Source of the DNA: Nitrosopumilus sp. | GTDB taxonomy: Archaea; Thermoproteota; Nitrososphaeria; Nitrososphaerales; Nitrosopumilaceae | Length of the DNA stretch: 64,000 nt | NCBI GenBank assembly: GCA_965214775.1 | Contig: OZ243974.1 | Span: 1,568,001 to 1,632,000, forward strand | Reading direction: 5' to 3' | Shown here: positions 39,201 to 49,822 of the stretch, in pieces | Layout: every line of letters begins with the position of its first letter | Position numbering within the stretch: position 1 is the first letter of the stretch | Position numbers and translations under genes: made by a program | The notes under the pieces: generated by a model | What the model was told of the DNA's origin: nothing | The model's input: the letters and a program-made list of their open reading frames with translations, nothing else | Databases searched by the model: none

Positions 39201-40837
39201 CCGAACTGTCTTATTCCCGCCTCCAAAAGCTAATTGGCAAGTCCTCAAAGAAGCAAATTTCTGACTCCCTGCCGTTTCTTGGCCTGGACATCGAGTCTGA
39301 AGACAGGGATCTAGTCAGAGTTGAATACAGTCCGAACAGGCCTGATTACTCTACTGATTTTGGAATTGCATTGGGAATGCAGGGATTGCTTGGAATCAAG
39401 ACAGGAGCAGTCAAGTTGAAAATCAAAAAATCAAAACAACATCATATTTGTGTAAAATCCGACGTGGCAAAGGTCAGGCCTTTTGTGACTGGAATCGTGG
39501 CCAAGAATGGAAGGATTGATGATAAGGCTATCAGGCAGCTCATGGCCATGCAAGAAGACCTTCATCTTGGAATCGGGAGAAGACGAAAGAAATCCTCAAT
39601 CGGAATCCATGACTTGGACAAGATATCGTTTCCGCTGACGTACTGTACGACTAGCAGAGATCACAGATTCACTCCGTTAAATTCTCAAGAAGATCTTTCA
39701 ATCTCTCAAATTCTAGAGTCAACTGATGTTGGAAGAGACTATGGACACATCCTGGGAAATTCACCAAGGATGCCAATAATTACGGATTCCAGAAATGAGA
39801 CCGTCTCATTTCCCCCGATAATCAATGCGGCAGTCACGACTGTAAGCCCAAAGACCAAAAATCTCTTCGTTGAGGTTACTGGAACCGGCAAGGCTGATGC
39901 AGAAGACGTGCTTTCCGTGGTTGCAACAATCTTGCAGAGTGCGGGATTTGCGTTAGAAGAGGTAAAAATTTCCGGCTCAAATAACTCTACTCCCAAACTT
40001 GAACCGAAAAAAATGTCTGTCAGTCCGACTTTGGTCAACCAAATTCTAGGGTTGAACTTGAACCCGTCAAAAATTGTCTCGTGTCTGAAAAAATCCAGAT
40101 TGGATGCCTCCCTCAGGGGCAGAGACATCCTGTGTGTTATTCCGCCATACAGATTTGATATATTTGGTCCGATGGATCTTGTTGAAGAAGTTGCTTTGGG
40201 ATACGGGGTTCAAAATCTTGAACCCGTCTTGTCACCATCACAAACAATCGGCCAGACAAACCCGGTTTCCCAAAATCTCAGGTCTCTCAGCCAGGTGATG
40301 ATTGGTCTGGGTTATATTGAGGCGCTCAATTCAAGCCTGACAAGCAGTCGGGTCTTGTACGAGATGACAAACAGAAAGCCATCTGAAATCATTTCTGTAC
40401 GTGATTCAAAGAGTCTGGGGCATACCGTTTTACGAGACTCGATTCTGCCAGGACTGCTGGAGAATTTATCTAGAAATATTCACGAGCCATACCCCCAAAA
40501 AATGTTTGAGACAGGTTCTGTTTTTTCAGAGGGGGATCCGATTGATGAAAAAACAAGCTTTGCGGGAATCAGCGCTCATCAGGATGCAAGTTTCACCGAA
40601 ATAAAGTCCGTGTTGCAGTCTGCACTGAAGACAGGATTTGGACTCGAAATTCAAACAAAGACGGCATCCCATCGAGCTTTTGAGGACGGGCGATGCGCAA
40701 GCGTCCTTCTCAATAACAAGGCAATCGGAATCATTGGAGAAATCAACCCTCAAATAATTGAAAATTATAGGATTCGCGTACCTGCTGTGGTGGGATTTGA
40801 AATTTCCTTATCTGATTCCGTTTTGAAAACGACTTAG
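39191..40837 (+). CDS. pheT: Phenylalanine--tRNA ligase beta subunit
   Basis: PNRPD, QEDLH..GRRR, SFPPIIN, DLVEEVA. Confidence 0.95.
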   Translation: MPVAELSYSRLQKLIGKSSKKQISDSLPFLGLDIESEDRDLVRVEYSPNRPDYSTDFGIALGMQGLLGIKTGAVKLKIKKSKQHHICVKSDVAKVRPFVTGIVAKNGRIDDKAIRQLMAMQEDLHLGIGRRRKKSSIGIHDLDKISFPLTYCTTSRDHRFTPLNSQEDLSISQILESTDVGRDYGHILGNSPRMPIITDSRNETVSFPPIINAAVTTVSPKTKNLFVEVTGTGKADAEDVLSVVATILQSAGFALEEVKISGSNNSTPKLEPKKMSVSPTLVNQILGLNLNPSKIVSCLKKSRLDASLRGRDILCVIPPYRFDIFGPMDLVEEVALGYGVQNLEPVLSPSQTIGQTNPVSQNLRSLSQVMIGLGYIEALNSSLTSSRVLYEMTNRKPSEIISVRDSKSLGHTVLRDSILPGLLENLSRNIHEPYPQKMFETGSVFSEGDPIDEKTSFAGISAHQDASFTEIKSVLQSALKTGFGLEIQTKTASHRAFEDGRCASVLLNNKAIGIIGEINPQIIENYRIRVPAVVGFEISLSDSVLKTT

Positions 40838-41071
40838 AAAAGCCATTCCAATCATCCCGATTCCGCCTGAAAGGACAATAATGCCGATTGTAAACTCAAC
40901 GACCAGTCTCTGATAAATCGACTTGTCCTTGACATCTAGCATGTGGTACGATTCCTCGTCTGGGAGGCTTTCAAAGAACTGAATCTGCGGATAATCAAAA
41001 ACCACAACCAGGCCTCCAACGATCAGCAGGGTTATTCCGACAAAAAACAGCGTGATGTTTTTTATCTCCAT
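40808..41071 (-). CDS. Small two-TM membrane protein
   Basis: Two hydrophobic helices. Confidence 0.65.
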   Translation of the reverse strand: MEIKNITLFFVGITLLIVGGLVVVFDYPQIQFFESLPDEESYHMLDVKDKSIYQRLVVEFTIGIIVLSGGIGMIGMAFLSRFQNGIR

Positions 41072-41361
41072 TTTCTGGTTTCTATGTTTGCCGGAGATTT
41101 AATTTTTATTTCTAAACGTGCTTGATCTTCCTCTAAATGGTTTTTAGTAAGAATAATTCCAATATTAAGCGCCCAAGAGCAGCCACGCAGACGGATTGGG
41201 ATGACGTTGATCGTAACGATGCCAATGATTTCTGATTCACCCAGGCGTGGTACACATGGGCAACCAACCCCGGTCAGAAAACCCAAAGGAGGCTTTGGCT
41301 AAATTCCAATGATCTTGTGCGAGTCAGAGCCGGGGGACATTTATATTTGCATTTGCATTTG

Positions 41362-41481
41362 CAGTCTTCCCAGAAGTACCACGTCAAATTATCCCGGGCT
41401 CGAAATAATTCAAACGGGCTGCCTGCATACCCGCTTGCCACCTCCTGAACCGCCACGAGTTGGTTACTTCTGGGAAGACTG
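41362..41481. mobile_element. 120-bp ISH3-type MITE
   Basis: TIR CAGTCTTCCCAGAAGT / ACTTCTGGGAAGACTG, 5-bp duplication ATTTG; left end aligns with 4495 onward. Confidence 0.9.
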
Positions 41482-41546
41482 ATTTGCATTTGCATTTGCA
41501 TTTACAACATCAAAACCCATAAAGCACCAAATTTTCAAGTGGATTC

Positions 41547-41972
41547 ATGGCAAACTATTGGTTGGCAAAACAGGAACCGGGAGGTCCAAGAGGATATAAT
41601 TTTGAGCAGCTAAAAAAAGAAAAGAAGACTGTTTGGGACGGGGTCCACAACAACCTGGCACTAAAGCATATGAGGGAGATGAAACCCAAGGATCTTGTAA
41701 TTTTCTATCATACTGGCGATGAGCGTCAGGCCGTTGGGATTATGGAGGTGACCTCAAAGCCATATCCAAACCCCAAAGAAGGCAATGAGCGCTTTGTTGT
41801 CGTGGATGTAAGATACAAGAAATCTTTCAGGCGTCCAGTAACTTTGGATGAGATGAAAAGAGAGAAAAAGTTCAAAGACTGGGAATTGATTCGAATATCT
41901 AGGCTGTCTGTAATGCCGGTCCCAAAAACCATCTGGGATGCCATTTTAAAGATGTCTCAAAGTCAGGGATAA
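41547..41972 (+). CDS. EVE domain protein
   Basis: YWLAKQEP, WDGVHN, FYHTG, RLSVMPV. Confidence 0.9.
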   Translation: MANYWLAKQEPGGPRGYNFEQLKKEKKTVWDGVHNNLALKHMREMKPKDLVIFYHTGDERQAVGIMEVTSKPYPNPKEGNERFVVVDVRYKKSFRRPVTLDEMKREKKFKDWELIRISRLSVMPVPKTIWDAILKMSQSQG

Positions 41973-42009
41973 TCGGTTTGTTGATATAGTCGGTTTTTGT
42001 AATATTGGC

Positions 42010-42249
42010 ATGGCAACAGCTTATGTTTTAATAAACTGTGAACTTGGTTCTGAAGAAGCAATTATTCAGCAACTAAAGGGCTTGGAAGGTGTCAAGGAGG
42101 TTCATGGAACTTTTGGCGCATACGATATCTTGGCCAAGATTGAATCTGAAACTGTGGAAAAACTTAGGGAGACAATTACTTGGAAAATCAGAAAAATTGA
42201 AAAGATCCGCTCAACACTTACCTTGATGGGCATTGAAGGCCAGACATAA
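42010..42249 (+). CDS. Lrp/AsnC ligand-binding domain protein
   Basis: AYVLINCELG..TFGAYDILAKI. Confidence 0.88.
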   Translation: MATAYVLINCELGSEEAIIQQLKGLEGVKEVHGTFGAYDILAKIESETVEKLRETITWKIRKIEKIRSTLTLMGIEGQT

Positions 42250-42274
42250 ACAACACATACCCTTTTTTCTTATC

Positions 42275-42865
42275 ATGATTCTGCACTTTATTTTTGTCAT
42301 TAAAGAAGACGAGGATCGCCAAAAACGGCAATCCGAGTTTGAATATGTCAAGAAAATGGCGCAGTTTTACAAGCACTGGATAAAAGAAAAGTTTGGAAGG
42401 GACTATGAGGTTCGGTGTGACGAGCTGGTCACAGGGACAAGAGGCATTCTGCAAAGGCTTGACACTCACACACTAGTCCGTGATCATGAGCAGCGCGGAA
42501 AAGACACCCATCATTTCTATCTCACCTATTTCCGACCTCTCTGGACAGATTCTCTGTGTGATGGTTATCATGCAGAAAACTTTGGAATGATTTTTTGGAA
42601 AAAACCAAAGGAATCCGGCGATGATAATAATGATGACGTCTTGTTTCTTGCAGAAAAAAACTGCACGACAGTCTCTTACGAGTTACTTCATGAGTTAATG
42701 AGACAGTCTGGAAGGAAAAGATACGTTCAAGAAATACGCGATGTCTGGACCAAGCATTTCTATGAGCAGTTGGAATTTGAACAGTATGGCCAAGACTTTG
42801 AGATTACCGACGGAAAGCCCATGTTCCTGACAATGAATACCTCGCAGTTGAATCTGGAAAAATAA
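42275..42865 (+). CDS. Hypothetical protein
   Basis: ORF from MILHF with core-like composition. Confidence 0.7.
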   Translation: MILHFIFVIKEDEDRQKRQSEFEYVKKMAQFYKHWIKEKFGRDYEVRCDELVTGTRGILQRLDTHTLVRDHEQRGKDTHHFYLTYFRPLWTDSLCDGYHAENFGMIFWKKPKESGDDNNDDVLFLAEKNCTTVSYELLHELMRQSGRKRYVQEIRDVWTKHFYEQLEFEQYGQDFEITDGKPMFLTMNTSQLNLEK

Positions 42866-42870
42866 TACCT

Positions 42871-43503
42871 CTAGCACTTTGTTACAGAGTAAATGTTGTT
42901 TTCAAAGTTTGCAGTCTTGAAATCCAGCTTGTTTTCAGGATCATCTGATCTTCCTTTGTTCAGGCCCTCAAGCTCCACTAGTGCGTCCCCTCTGAAACCG
43001 ACTGATGAGCCATAAATCGCATCAGTCAGCATGGTTCCATGATCTCCTTTCTTGATGTCATCGACCATATCATAAAACCTGGTGGTTTCTTTTTTGTTTA
43101 CTGGATTGCCTGTCGCCTTGTTGTATGCAACTGCAATATACATCCCGTTGTTTTTTACCGCGACTGGAATTTTGTGATTCTTTCCTGTAGCACCTGGGAT
43201 TGCCTCGTTAACTAGAACCTCGCACTTGTGATACATGCTAGACACGTACGCAAAGAACCTGTATTGGGCAAACTTGCCTGCGTCATCCTCCTCACATCCG
43301 ACAAAGACCTTGTGAAGCAGTTCCAACGCTTCATCATTCATGCTTTGTAGCCTGTCGTCTATTCTTCCTCTTTCAAGAAGTTCGGATTTGCACTCTTTTG
43401 CCACCAGTTCCAAGATAAAGTCAGGCAGATTGTAATTCTTCAACGCTGCAACAAACGCCCCGGCCTGCGACATTCCGAATTTTGGAAATCCCTTATTGAC
43501 CAT
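42871..43503 (-). CDS. Hypothetical protein
   Basis: 210-aa ORF. Confidence 0.75.
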   Translation of the reverse strand: MVNKGFPKFGMSQAGAFVAALKNYNLPDFILELVAKECKSELLERGRIDDRLQSMNDEALELLHKVFVGCEEDDAGKFAQYRFFAYVSSMYHKCEVLVNEAIPGATGKNHKIPVAVKNNGMYIAVAYNKATGNPVNKKETTRFYDMVDDIKKGDHGTMLTDAIYGSSVGFRGDALVELEGLNKGRSDDPENKLDFKTANFENNIYSVTKC

Positions 43504-43662
43504 CCTTACGCCTCATCATAAAAAACATGCAACAACCACGAACCAATCCTCAATTATATACCTGCCTTTGGCTTATAATTGTTAAGAAAATCGATGCCTA
43601 GATTGATGATTTTTTTAATTTTTGATTGTAAATAATAAATTCCGGATAAATTTACGCTTGAT

Positions 43663-45930
43663 GTGCAAACAGAGACTACTCCGAAACTTGTTTCAAACGT
43701 TTATGAGAAATTAAAGGAGAACGTTTCTAAATATCGCCGTGTTGTCGGACGTCCCCTTACACTGACAGAAAAAATTCTTTCAGGCCATCTGCATGAAATG
43801 GCTGAAAGTCCGTTTAATGGAGGAAAAGACTATGTTTTTCTAAAACCAGATCGTGTAGCTTTACAAGACGTGACAGGCCAGATGGTAATGCTGCAGTTCA
43901 TGCAGGCCGGCCTGAAACAAACATCGCTTCCGACGACGGTTCACTGTGATCATCTGATCAGGGCTGAAGTCCAAGGTGACGTTGACATGAAGGTTTCACT
44001 AGATGAAAACAGCGAGGTGTTCAGGTTCCTGCAGTCTGCAGCGGCAAAATATGGCTGTGGTTTTTGGAAACCCGGTGCTGGAATCATTCACCAGGTGATC
44101 CTTGAAAACTATGCATTTCCTGGCGGTCTCATGATTGGAACTGACTCTCATACCCCAAATGCAGGCGGCCTTGGAATGATGGCAATAGGCGTTGGGGGCC
44201 TTGATGCCGCTGAAACCATGGCTGGACTGCCGTGGGAACTGCTCTATCCGAAAAGGATTGGCGTCAAACTTGCAGGCAGACTAGGCGGCTGGGCCGCACC
44301 CAAGGACGTCATCTTAAAAGTCGCCGAACAGCTGACTGTTTCTGGCGGAACTAATTCAATTGTGGAATATTTTGGTCCTGGAACAAGATCAATCAGCTGT
44401 ACGGGCAAGGCCACAATTACCAACATGGGTGCAGAGATTGGCGCAACATGCTCGATATTTCCTTATGACGGGCGCATGGAGACTTTTCTCAAACACACTG
44501 ACCGTTCCGAAATTGCAGAATTGGCCAACCAGAACAAGGAATTACTTGTTGCAGACTCTGATGTTCAAAGCAATCCTGAAAAATATTTCGACAAGGTAAT
44601 TGAGATTGATCTTTCGGCATTAGAGCCGCACATCGTCGGCCCCCATACGCCGGACCTGGCCAGAAGCATCTCTAGTCTGGCAGATGATGTAAGATCACAG
44701 GATTATGTTGATCCCATTTCTGTCGCATTGATTGGAAGCTGCACAAACTCGTCTTATGAGGACATGTCAAGGGCTGCAAGTCTTGCCGAACAGGCAAAAT
44801 CCAAAGGAATCAAGGCAAAAATCCCCCTGCTGGTTACCCCCGGCTCTGAGCAGATCAGAGGCACCATTGAACGCGATGGGCAAATGGACTCTCTTAAGGA
44901 CATCGGCGCAACTGTCCTGGCAAACGCATGCGGGCCGTGCATTGGCCAATGGAACAGGCCTGAATTGGAAAGAGGCGAACGAAACACAATTGTAACGACA
45001 TTCAATCGAAACTTCCCTGGAAGAAACGACGGGCATAGAACGACTCTGAACTTTATCGGAAGCCCGGAAATGATTATTGCACTGGCATTGGGGGGAAAGC
45101 TTTCCTTTAATCCGTTAAAAGACGAACTGACTGCCGCAGATGGAACAAAATTCAGGCTGGATCCTCCAAAACCGGCGCCGGAAGTTCCCGAAGAAGGATT
45201 TGTGAGGCCTGATGGAATTTTTGTTGCCCCTCCTGAGAATTCAGATGATGTTAAAGTGTTAATTGATCCGGACAGCAAGCGCCTGCAAAGACTAGAGCCG
45301 TTCCCAAAATGGGACGGAAGTGATTTTGTTGAGATTCCCGTCATGGTAAAGGCTAGGGGAAAATGCACAACTGATCACATTTCGCCTGCCGGTGCGTGGC
45401 TCTCGCTCCGAGGCCATCTTGATAACCTTAGCGACAACATGCTGCTTGGGGCAGTAAATGCATTCAATGATCAAGTCGGAAAAGGCAAAAATGCCTTGAA
45501 TGGTAAATTGGAGCCCTTTTCACAAATTGCACGCCAATACAAGGAAAGGCAAATGCGTTGGGCAATTATTGGGGACGATAACTATGGGGAAGGCAGCAGC
45601 AGGGAACACGCTGCAATGACTCCACGATACCTTGGATGTGCTGCAGTTATTACAAAAAGTTTGGCAAGGATTCACGAAACAAATCTCAAAAAACAGGGAA
45701 TTCTTGCGTTGACATTTGACAATCATGGCGACTATGAAAAAATTCTTGAGGATGACAGAATCAGCATTGTCGGATTAGGACAATTAGAGCCTCACAAGCA
45801 ACTAAAGTGCGTCATTGTTCACAGTGGCGGAGACAAGGATGAAATCCTTCTAAATCACTCTTACAACAAATCACAAATTGAATGGTTCAAAGCTGGCTCG
45901 GCACTCAACGTTCTGAGAAACAGCCGATAA
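43663..45930 (+). CDS. Aconitate hydratase
   Basis: VHCDH, GTDSHT, IGSCTNSSY, ACGPCIG, FNRNF, GSSREHA. Confidence 0.95.
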   Translation: MQTETTPKLVSNVYEKLKENVSKYRRVVGRPLTLTEKILSGHLHEMAESPFNGGKDYVFLKPDRVALQDVTGQMVMLQFMQAGLKQTSLPTTVHCDHLIRAEVQGDVDMKVSLDENSEVFRFLQSAAAKYGCGFWKPGAGIIHQVILENYAFPGGLMIGTDSHTPNAGGLGMMAIGVGGLDAAETMAGLPWELLYPKRIGVKLAGRLGGWAAPKDVILKVAEQLTVSGGTNSIVEYFGPGTRSISCTGKATITNMGAEIGATCSIFPYDGRMETFLKHTDRSEIAELANQNKELLVADSDVQSNPEKYFDKVIEIDLSALEPHIVGPHTPDLARSISSLADDVRSQDYVDPISVALIGSCTNSSYEDMSRAASLAEQAKSKGIKAKIPLLVTPGSEQIRGTIERDGQMDSLKDIGATVLANACGPCIGQWNRPELERGERNTIVTTFNRNFPGRNDGHRTTLNFIGSPEMIIALALGGKLSFNPLKDELTAADGTKFRLDPPKPAPEVPEEGFVRPDGIFVAPPENSDDVKVLIDPDSKRLQRLEPFPKWDGSDFVEIPVMVKARGKCTTDHISPAGAWLSLRGHLDNLSDNMLLGAVNAFNDQVGKGKNALNGKLEPFSQIARQYKERQMRWAIIGDDNYGEGSSREHAAMTPRYLGCAAVITKSLARIHETNLKKQGILALTFDNHGDYEKILEDDRISIVGLGQLEPHKQLKCVIVHSGGDKDEILLNHSYNKSQIEWFKAGSALNVLRNSR

Positions 45931-45943
45931 AGGTTTTTTGACG

Positions 45944-46096
45944 TGGGGCCGACCGGAATCGAACCGGCGACCTACGGGTCACTACAGCTCCAAACTTACA
46001 TCATCCGTGAGTCAGTTTAGCTTAGTTTACCTCTGGAGCCCTTAGCGGTGATCTGTTCGTAGACACTGTCGCCCTACCAGGCTAGGCTACGACCCC
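45944..46096 (-). tRNA. tRNA-Trp(CCA) with two introns (26 nt at 28/29, 46042-46067; 53 nt at 37/38, 45980-46032)
   Basis: Removing both segments gives a canonical cloverleaf with ACGGG/CCCGT stem and loop CT CCA GA. Confidence 0.9.
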
Positions 46097-46189
46097 ACGA
46101 ACAAGTCTGGAATTGACCTGAATTTTAAGTTATTTTTAGCCACCAAGATTTATTTGCGATAAACGCGATTTTCTAACAGTTAATCGATC

Positions 46190-46726
46190 ATGGTAAAGAC
46201 ATTTCATCTTGTATTGGGCGCAATTCCGGTACTAGTCGCACTTTTGATCTCGGTTCCAATGCTGACAAAAAATGAAATTCCAATCTCTGCTGCAAACTCT
46301 TTTGATACTTTGGAAATCGAATATACAAAACACCAACTAAAGAAACTGTCTTACGGCGGTGTTACTGAGAGAGTCGGAGCAGAAAAAACTGAGATTCTGT
46401 CAATCAAAAACGACGGTGCAGTAAAATACTCTGTAACCGAACATGGGTATCTCCAGCCCGACAAAAGATCCAAGCTTGACGAATCCCAACTGAATAAAAT
46501 CAAGGCACTGATCAAGGAGACTGGATTCATGTCAATTCCCTCCGAATCCTTTCCAATTGTTGAAGACGCTACAGAATATCAAAAATCAAACGTCAAGGTC
46601 ACTCTTAACGGAAGAGTAAACCAGATTCATTGGCCTGAACAAAACGCCACTGATGGTTTCATTCCCCCGATAATCACAATGGTTGAAACGGAACTTGATC
46701 AGATTATATCTGAGATTGGTGAATAG
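46190..46726 (+). CDS. Membrane-anchored hypothetical protein
   Basis: N-terminal hydrophobic helix. Confidence 0.7.
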   Translation: MVKTFHLVLGAIPVLVALLISVPMLTKNEIPISAANSFDTLEIEYTKHQLKKLSYGGVTERVGAEKTEILSIKNDGAVKYSVTEHGYLQPDKRSKLDESQLNKIKALIKETGFMSIPSESFPIVEDATEYQKSNVKVTLNGRVNQIHWPEQNATDGFIPPIITMVETELDQIISEIGE

Positions 46727-46756
46727 GTACAAATAGCCTTTAGCGCCAATTAGTTC

Positions 46757-47728
46757 ATGCTATCTCTATCTGGAGAGCGTGCTGATGCAAAAGGAATCAA
46801 GTATAAAAAATCCGAAGAAAGTGGCGATGCTGTCTGCGGCTCTTTGACTCTGAAGCGTGGATTTGCACATATGTTGAAAAACGGGGTCGTAATGGATGTG
46901 ACGACTGTTGAGCAGGCTCAAATTGCAGAAGAGGCCGGCGCAGTATCCGTAATGGTATTGGACAAACTTCCGTCAGAAGTTAGAAAAGCTGGCGGTGTTG
47001 CAAGAACAGCTAGCATCAGAATTATTGAGGAGATCATGGATTCAGTTACGATTCCTGTCATGGCAAAATGCAGAATTGGACACGTCAACGAGTCTCTTGT
47101 ATTGCAAGAGACCGGCGTTGATATGATTGACGAGTCCGAAGTCCTGACTCCTGCCGATGAATTTAGACATATCTGGAAGTGGGATTTTACAACTCCGTTT
47201 GTAAACGGGGCCCGCTCCCTGGCAGAGGCCCTGAGAAGAGTTGAGGAAGGAGCTGCAATGATTAGAACAAAGGGCGAGCCGGGAACCGGAAATGTCGCAG
47301 AAGCCATCACTCATATCAAAAAAGTCAATGATGAACTAAGAGCAATAAAGTCAGTCTATGATTCTGGGGATAACCAGGAGCTTGTCAGAATGGCAAGGGA
47401 ATTCAAGGTTTCCTATGACATTGTAGAGCAGACAGCAAAACTTGGCAAATTACCGGTAGTGAATTTTGCCGCAGGCGGAATTGCAACCCCTGCTGATGCT
47501 GCCTATCTCATGTCTTTGGGATGTGATGGAATCTTTGTAGGCTCTGGAATTTTTAATGCCGATGATGCAAAAGAGAGGGCAAGGGCAATTGTGCTGGCAA
47601 CTACTTTCTGGAGCGAGTCTGAGAAGGTAAAGGAGGCACAGAAGATGATTGATGAGAGGCAGTCTATGCTGGGATTGGATGTCAAAACATTGGAATTAAG
47701 AATGCAAGATCGTGGAGGCGCCGCATGA
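46757..47728 (+). CDS. pdxS: Pyridoxal 5'-phosphate synthase lyase subunit
   Basis: [30 protein letters not shown]. Confidence 0.96.
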   Translation: MLSLSGERADAKGIKYKKSEESGDAVCGSLTLKRGFAHMLKNGVVMDVTTVEQAQIAEEAGAVSVMVLDKLPSEVRKAGGVARTASIRIIEEIMDSVTIPVMAKCRIGHVNESLVLQETGVDMIDESEVLTPADEFRHIWKWDFTTPFVNGARSLAEALRRVEEGAAMIRTKGEPGTGNVAEAITHIKKVNDELRAIKSVYDSGDNQELVRMAREFKVSYDIVEQTAKLGKLPVVNFAAGGIATPADAAYLMSLGCDGIFVGSGIFNADDAKERARAIVLATTFWSESEKVKEAQKMIDERQSMLGLDVKTLELRMQDRGGAA

Positions 47729-48345
47729 GCCTGAATGTTGGAATCCTGTCAATTCAGGGGGATGTACGGGAAAATATTTTGTCAACCCAGGCTGCCTTAG
47801 ACGAGCTGGGAATTGACGGAAACGTAACTGGCGCAAAGGCCACTGAAGACGTAATGAATCTGGACGGATTAATCCTTCCTGGCGGTGAAAGTACGACGAT
47901 TGGCAAGATGTCCCTTGTCAACGGCTCGATGAAGGCAGTAAAGGAAAAGATCGAGGATGGCATGCCTGTTCTTGGAATCTGTGCTGGAATGATCATGCTG
48001 TCTAAAACCGCAGATGATCGCATAGTCGGAAGGACAGGCCAGCCGCTCTTGGACATCTTGGACATCAAGTTGGAAAGAAACTCTTTTGGAAGGCAGCCTG
48101 AGTCCTTTGAGGCAGACGTTTCAATGGACTCCATTGGCATTCCGAACTTTAATGGGGTTTTCATTAGGGCCCCGTCTGTCTCTGACGTGGGTCCTGATGT
48201 GCAGGTCTTGTCAAGATTTAATGGCCGAATAGTTGCCGTAAAAAAGGACAATGTGATTGGCACGGCATTTCACCCCGAACTAACCGGGGACACATCTCTT
48301 CACAAATACTTTTTGAACCTGGTTTGTTCCTCAAAATCCAACTGA
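47725..48345 (+). CDS. pdxT: PLP synthase glutaminase subunit
   Basis: PGGEST, GICAG, FIRAP, FHPEL. Confidence 0.96.
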   Translation: MSLNVGILSIQGDVRENILSTQAALDELGIDGNVTGAKATEDVMNLDGLILPGGESTTIGKMSLVNGSMKAVKEKIEDGMPVLGICAGMIMLSKTADDRIVGRTGQPLLDILDIKLERNSFGRQPESFEADVSMDSIGIPNFNGVFIRAPSVSDVGPDVQVLSRFNGRIVAVKKDNVIGTAFHPELTGDTSLHKYFLNLVCSSKSN

Positions 48346-48647
48346 GTTGGCAAATTCTTTCCAAGTGATTCCTTTCTAGTATGGTGGTGGTGGTGGCGGC
48401 ACAGCCGAGATTTCAAAGCGGGCAAAAACGCTGTGTTTATGGAGAGTGTTATCTGCAGTCTTGATTGGAAGCACATTTGGTCTTGTGCCATCTGAGACGA
48501 TGAGACATTTGCTCAAAATGATGATGTCTGTATGTCTATTTGTAGTCGGCCCACGAGTATGCCTAGTTTATAAAAATTATTTTTTTATAAAAAAATTCTT
48601 TGATTTTTGTTTTTATAATATCAGAGCCTTGATCATTAGATTTTACC

Positions 48648-48935
48648 TTGATCCTGAACCATGATTTTTATGACAGTCTGATCTATTCTGGAAAGATTAA
48701 TTTTCTAAGGCCAAAGCTACAGCAGCACGTACAGAATATCTTCAGGCAGATCAAGACCCACAACGAATTCCTGATCCTAGTCAAGAAGATGCAAGACGGT
48801 GCGCCAAGCGAGGAGGTTCCGGAAAATTCCCATCAGTACCATGAATGGATGGACAACCATGAACGGAAACTGCGCCAGGACATACCGCTAATGCAAAAAG
48901 AGCTTAGAGAGGACTTTGACATCAGTCCGCCTTAG
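48648..48935 (+). CDS. Hypothetical protein or C-terminal gene fragment
   Basis: 95-aa ORF with TTG start in an accessory patch. Confidence 0.4.
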   Translation: MILNHDFYDSLIYSGKINFLRPKLQQHVQNIFRQIKTHNEFLILVKKMQDGAPSEEVPENSHQYHEWMDNHERKLRQDIPLMQKELREDFDISPP

Positions 48936-49124
48936 TCGGTGGTCTCGGCTTGCCCGTTTCCATGCCAGGAATGTCCTGTGCCGAAACGGAGTGATACGTT
49001 GGCTTGTCGTCATCGCGCGATAGTTTTTCCTTGCCTGCCTTGGCGTTGTCTGGACTCTCTTCGGTCATGACATTATTCATCCGGCTTGCTATTCAAAAAT
49101 ACCGTGGCCGGCAGCCTGCTCTAT

Positions 49125-49822
49125 TGTACGAAAATTAGGTCGCACTAATTTGAGGAGGATTGCAGGGGATTGCCTTGGGCTTTGCCGATCAAGAAAGCCG
49201 ATGGCTGCAAGGATCAACGCACGTCAGATCAGATATACGGTGTGCCGGGGGACAAAGGCCCTCGGAGGTGGCCGCCGAAATGGGCGTCACAGCAAGGCAC
49301 ACCACACAGATCCCTAGCATTCTCGATGTGGTGCCGCCGGCAGTACCGGCCTGAGAGAGCGCGGGCATACATAGAGGAGTACGAGATCATCCGCACGTCA
49401 ACCGAGGCATGCCTCAAGGCGCAGCGCAGCGACAAGACCAAAACCTACCTGGCGGCGGGATCCGATCCGCTTGAGAACCGCACAAGGCTGCCGTCGCAGC
49501 ACGACACGTTCGTCTTGGATTAAATCAGTGTGGACGGGCCGGGATTCGAACCAGGGACGCCCCGGGTCTGAACCGGGCGCATTACCGCTATACTACCCGC
49601 CCACAAGGTTTAATTTGTGACATGTTCTATACTTGTTAGGTCTGAACCGGGCGGTGGCGCTATGCTACCACCATTATCTTTCTTATTCAAATTAGAAAAA
49701 ATTCTAGGTAACCAAGTCACAGGGCCACTAAGGGTTCTATAACACTTGATCGGTAAAACCCAAGGCAATCCTTTGCAGCCCTCCTCTTCCTCCTCAAATC
49801 AATACGACATAATTTTCGTACA
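49125..49822 (+). mobile_element. IS481-like non-autonomous element carrying a tRNA gene
   Basis: TIR TGTACGAAAATTAGGTCG vs CGACATAATTTTCGTACA (17/18); second right-TIR copy ending 49843; decayed HTH (PSEVAAEMGVTARH); no target duplication seen. Confidence 0.7.
49531..49602 (-). tRNA. Atypical tRNA: alanine-type body with CAG (Leu) anticodon
   Basis: GGGCGGG/CCCGTCC-A acceptor (G3:U70), CCCGG-TTCAGAC-CCGGG anticodon arm, 5-nt variable loop, TTCGAAT T-loop, one T-stem mismatch. Confidence 0.8.

Noticed and set aside
43663-47728. Genome-wide CUG-to-Ala reassignment
   Set aside because: CTG occupies conserved Leu positions (43762 in aconitase PLTLTEK; 46850 in pdxS LKRG)
49112-49121. 10-nt match (CAGCCTGCTC) to the 56346-56382 spacer next to the IS481-like end
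   Set aside because: Too short to distinguish from chance in 64 kb
49531-49602. Reading the tRNA as a UCA (Sec/opal suppressor) or as an ordinary tRNA-Leu
   Set aside because: A UCA register breaks the CCCGG/CCGGG stem; there is no long variable arm or extended acceptor stem as in tRNA-Sec or tRNA-Leu
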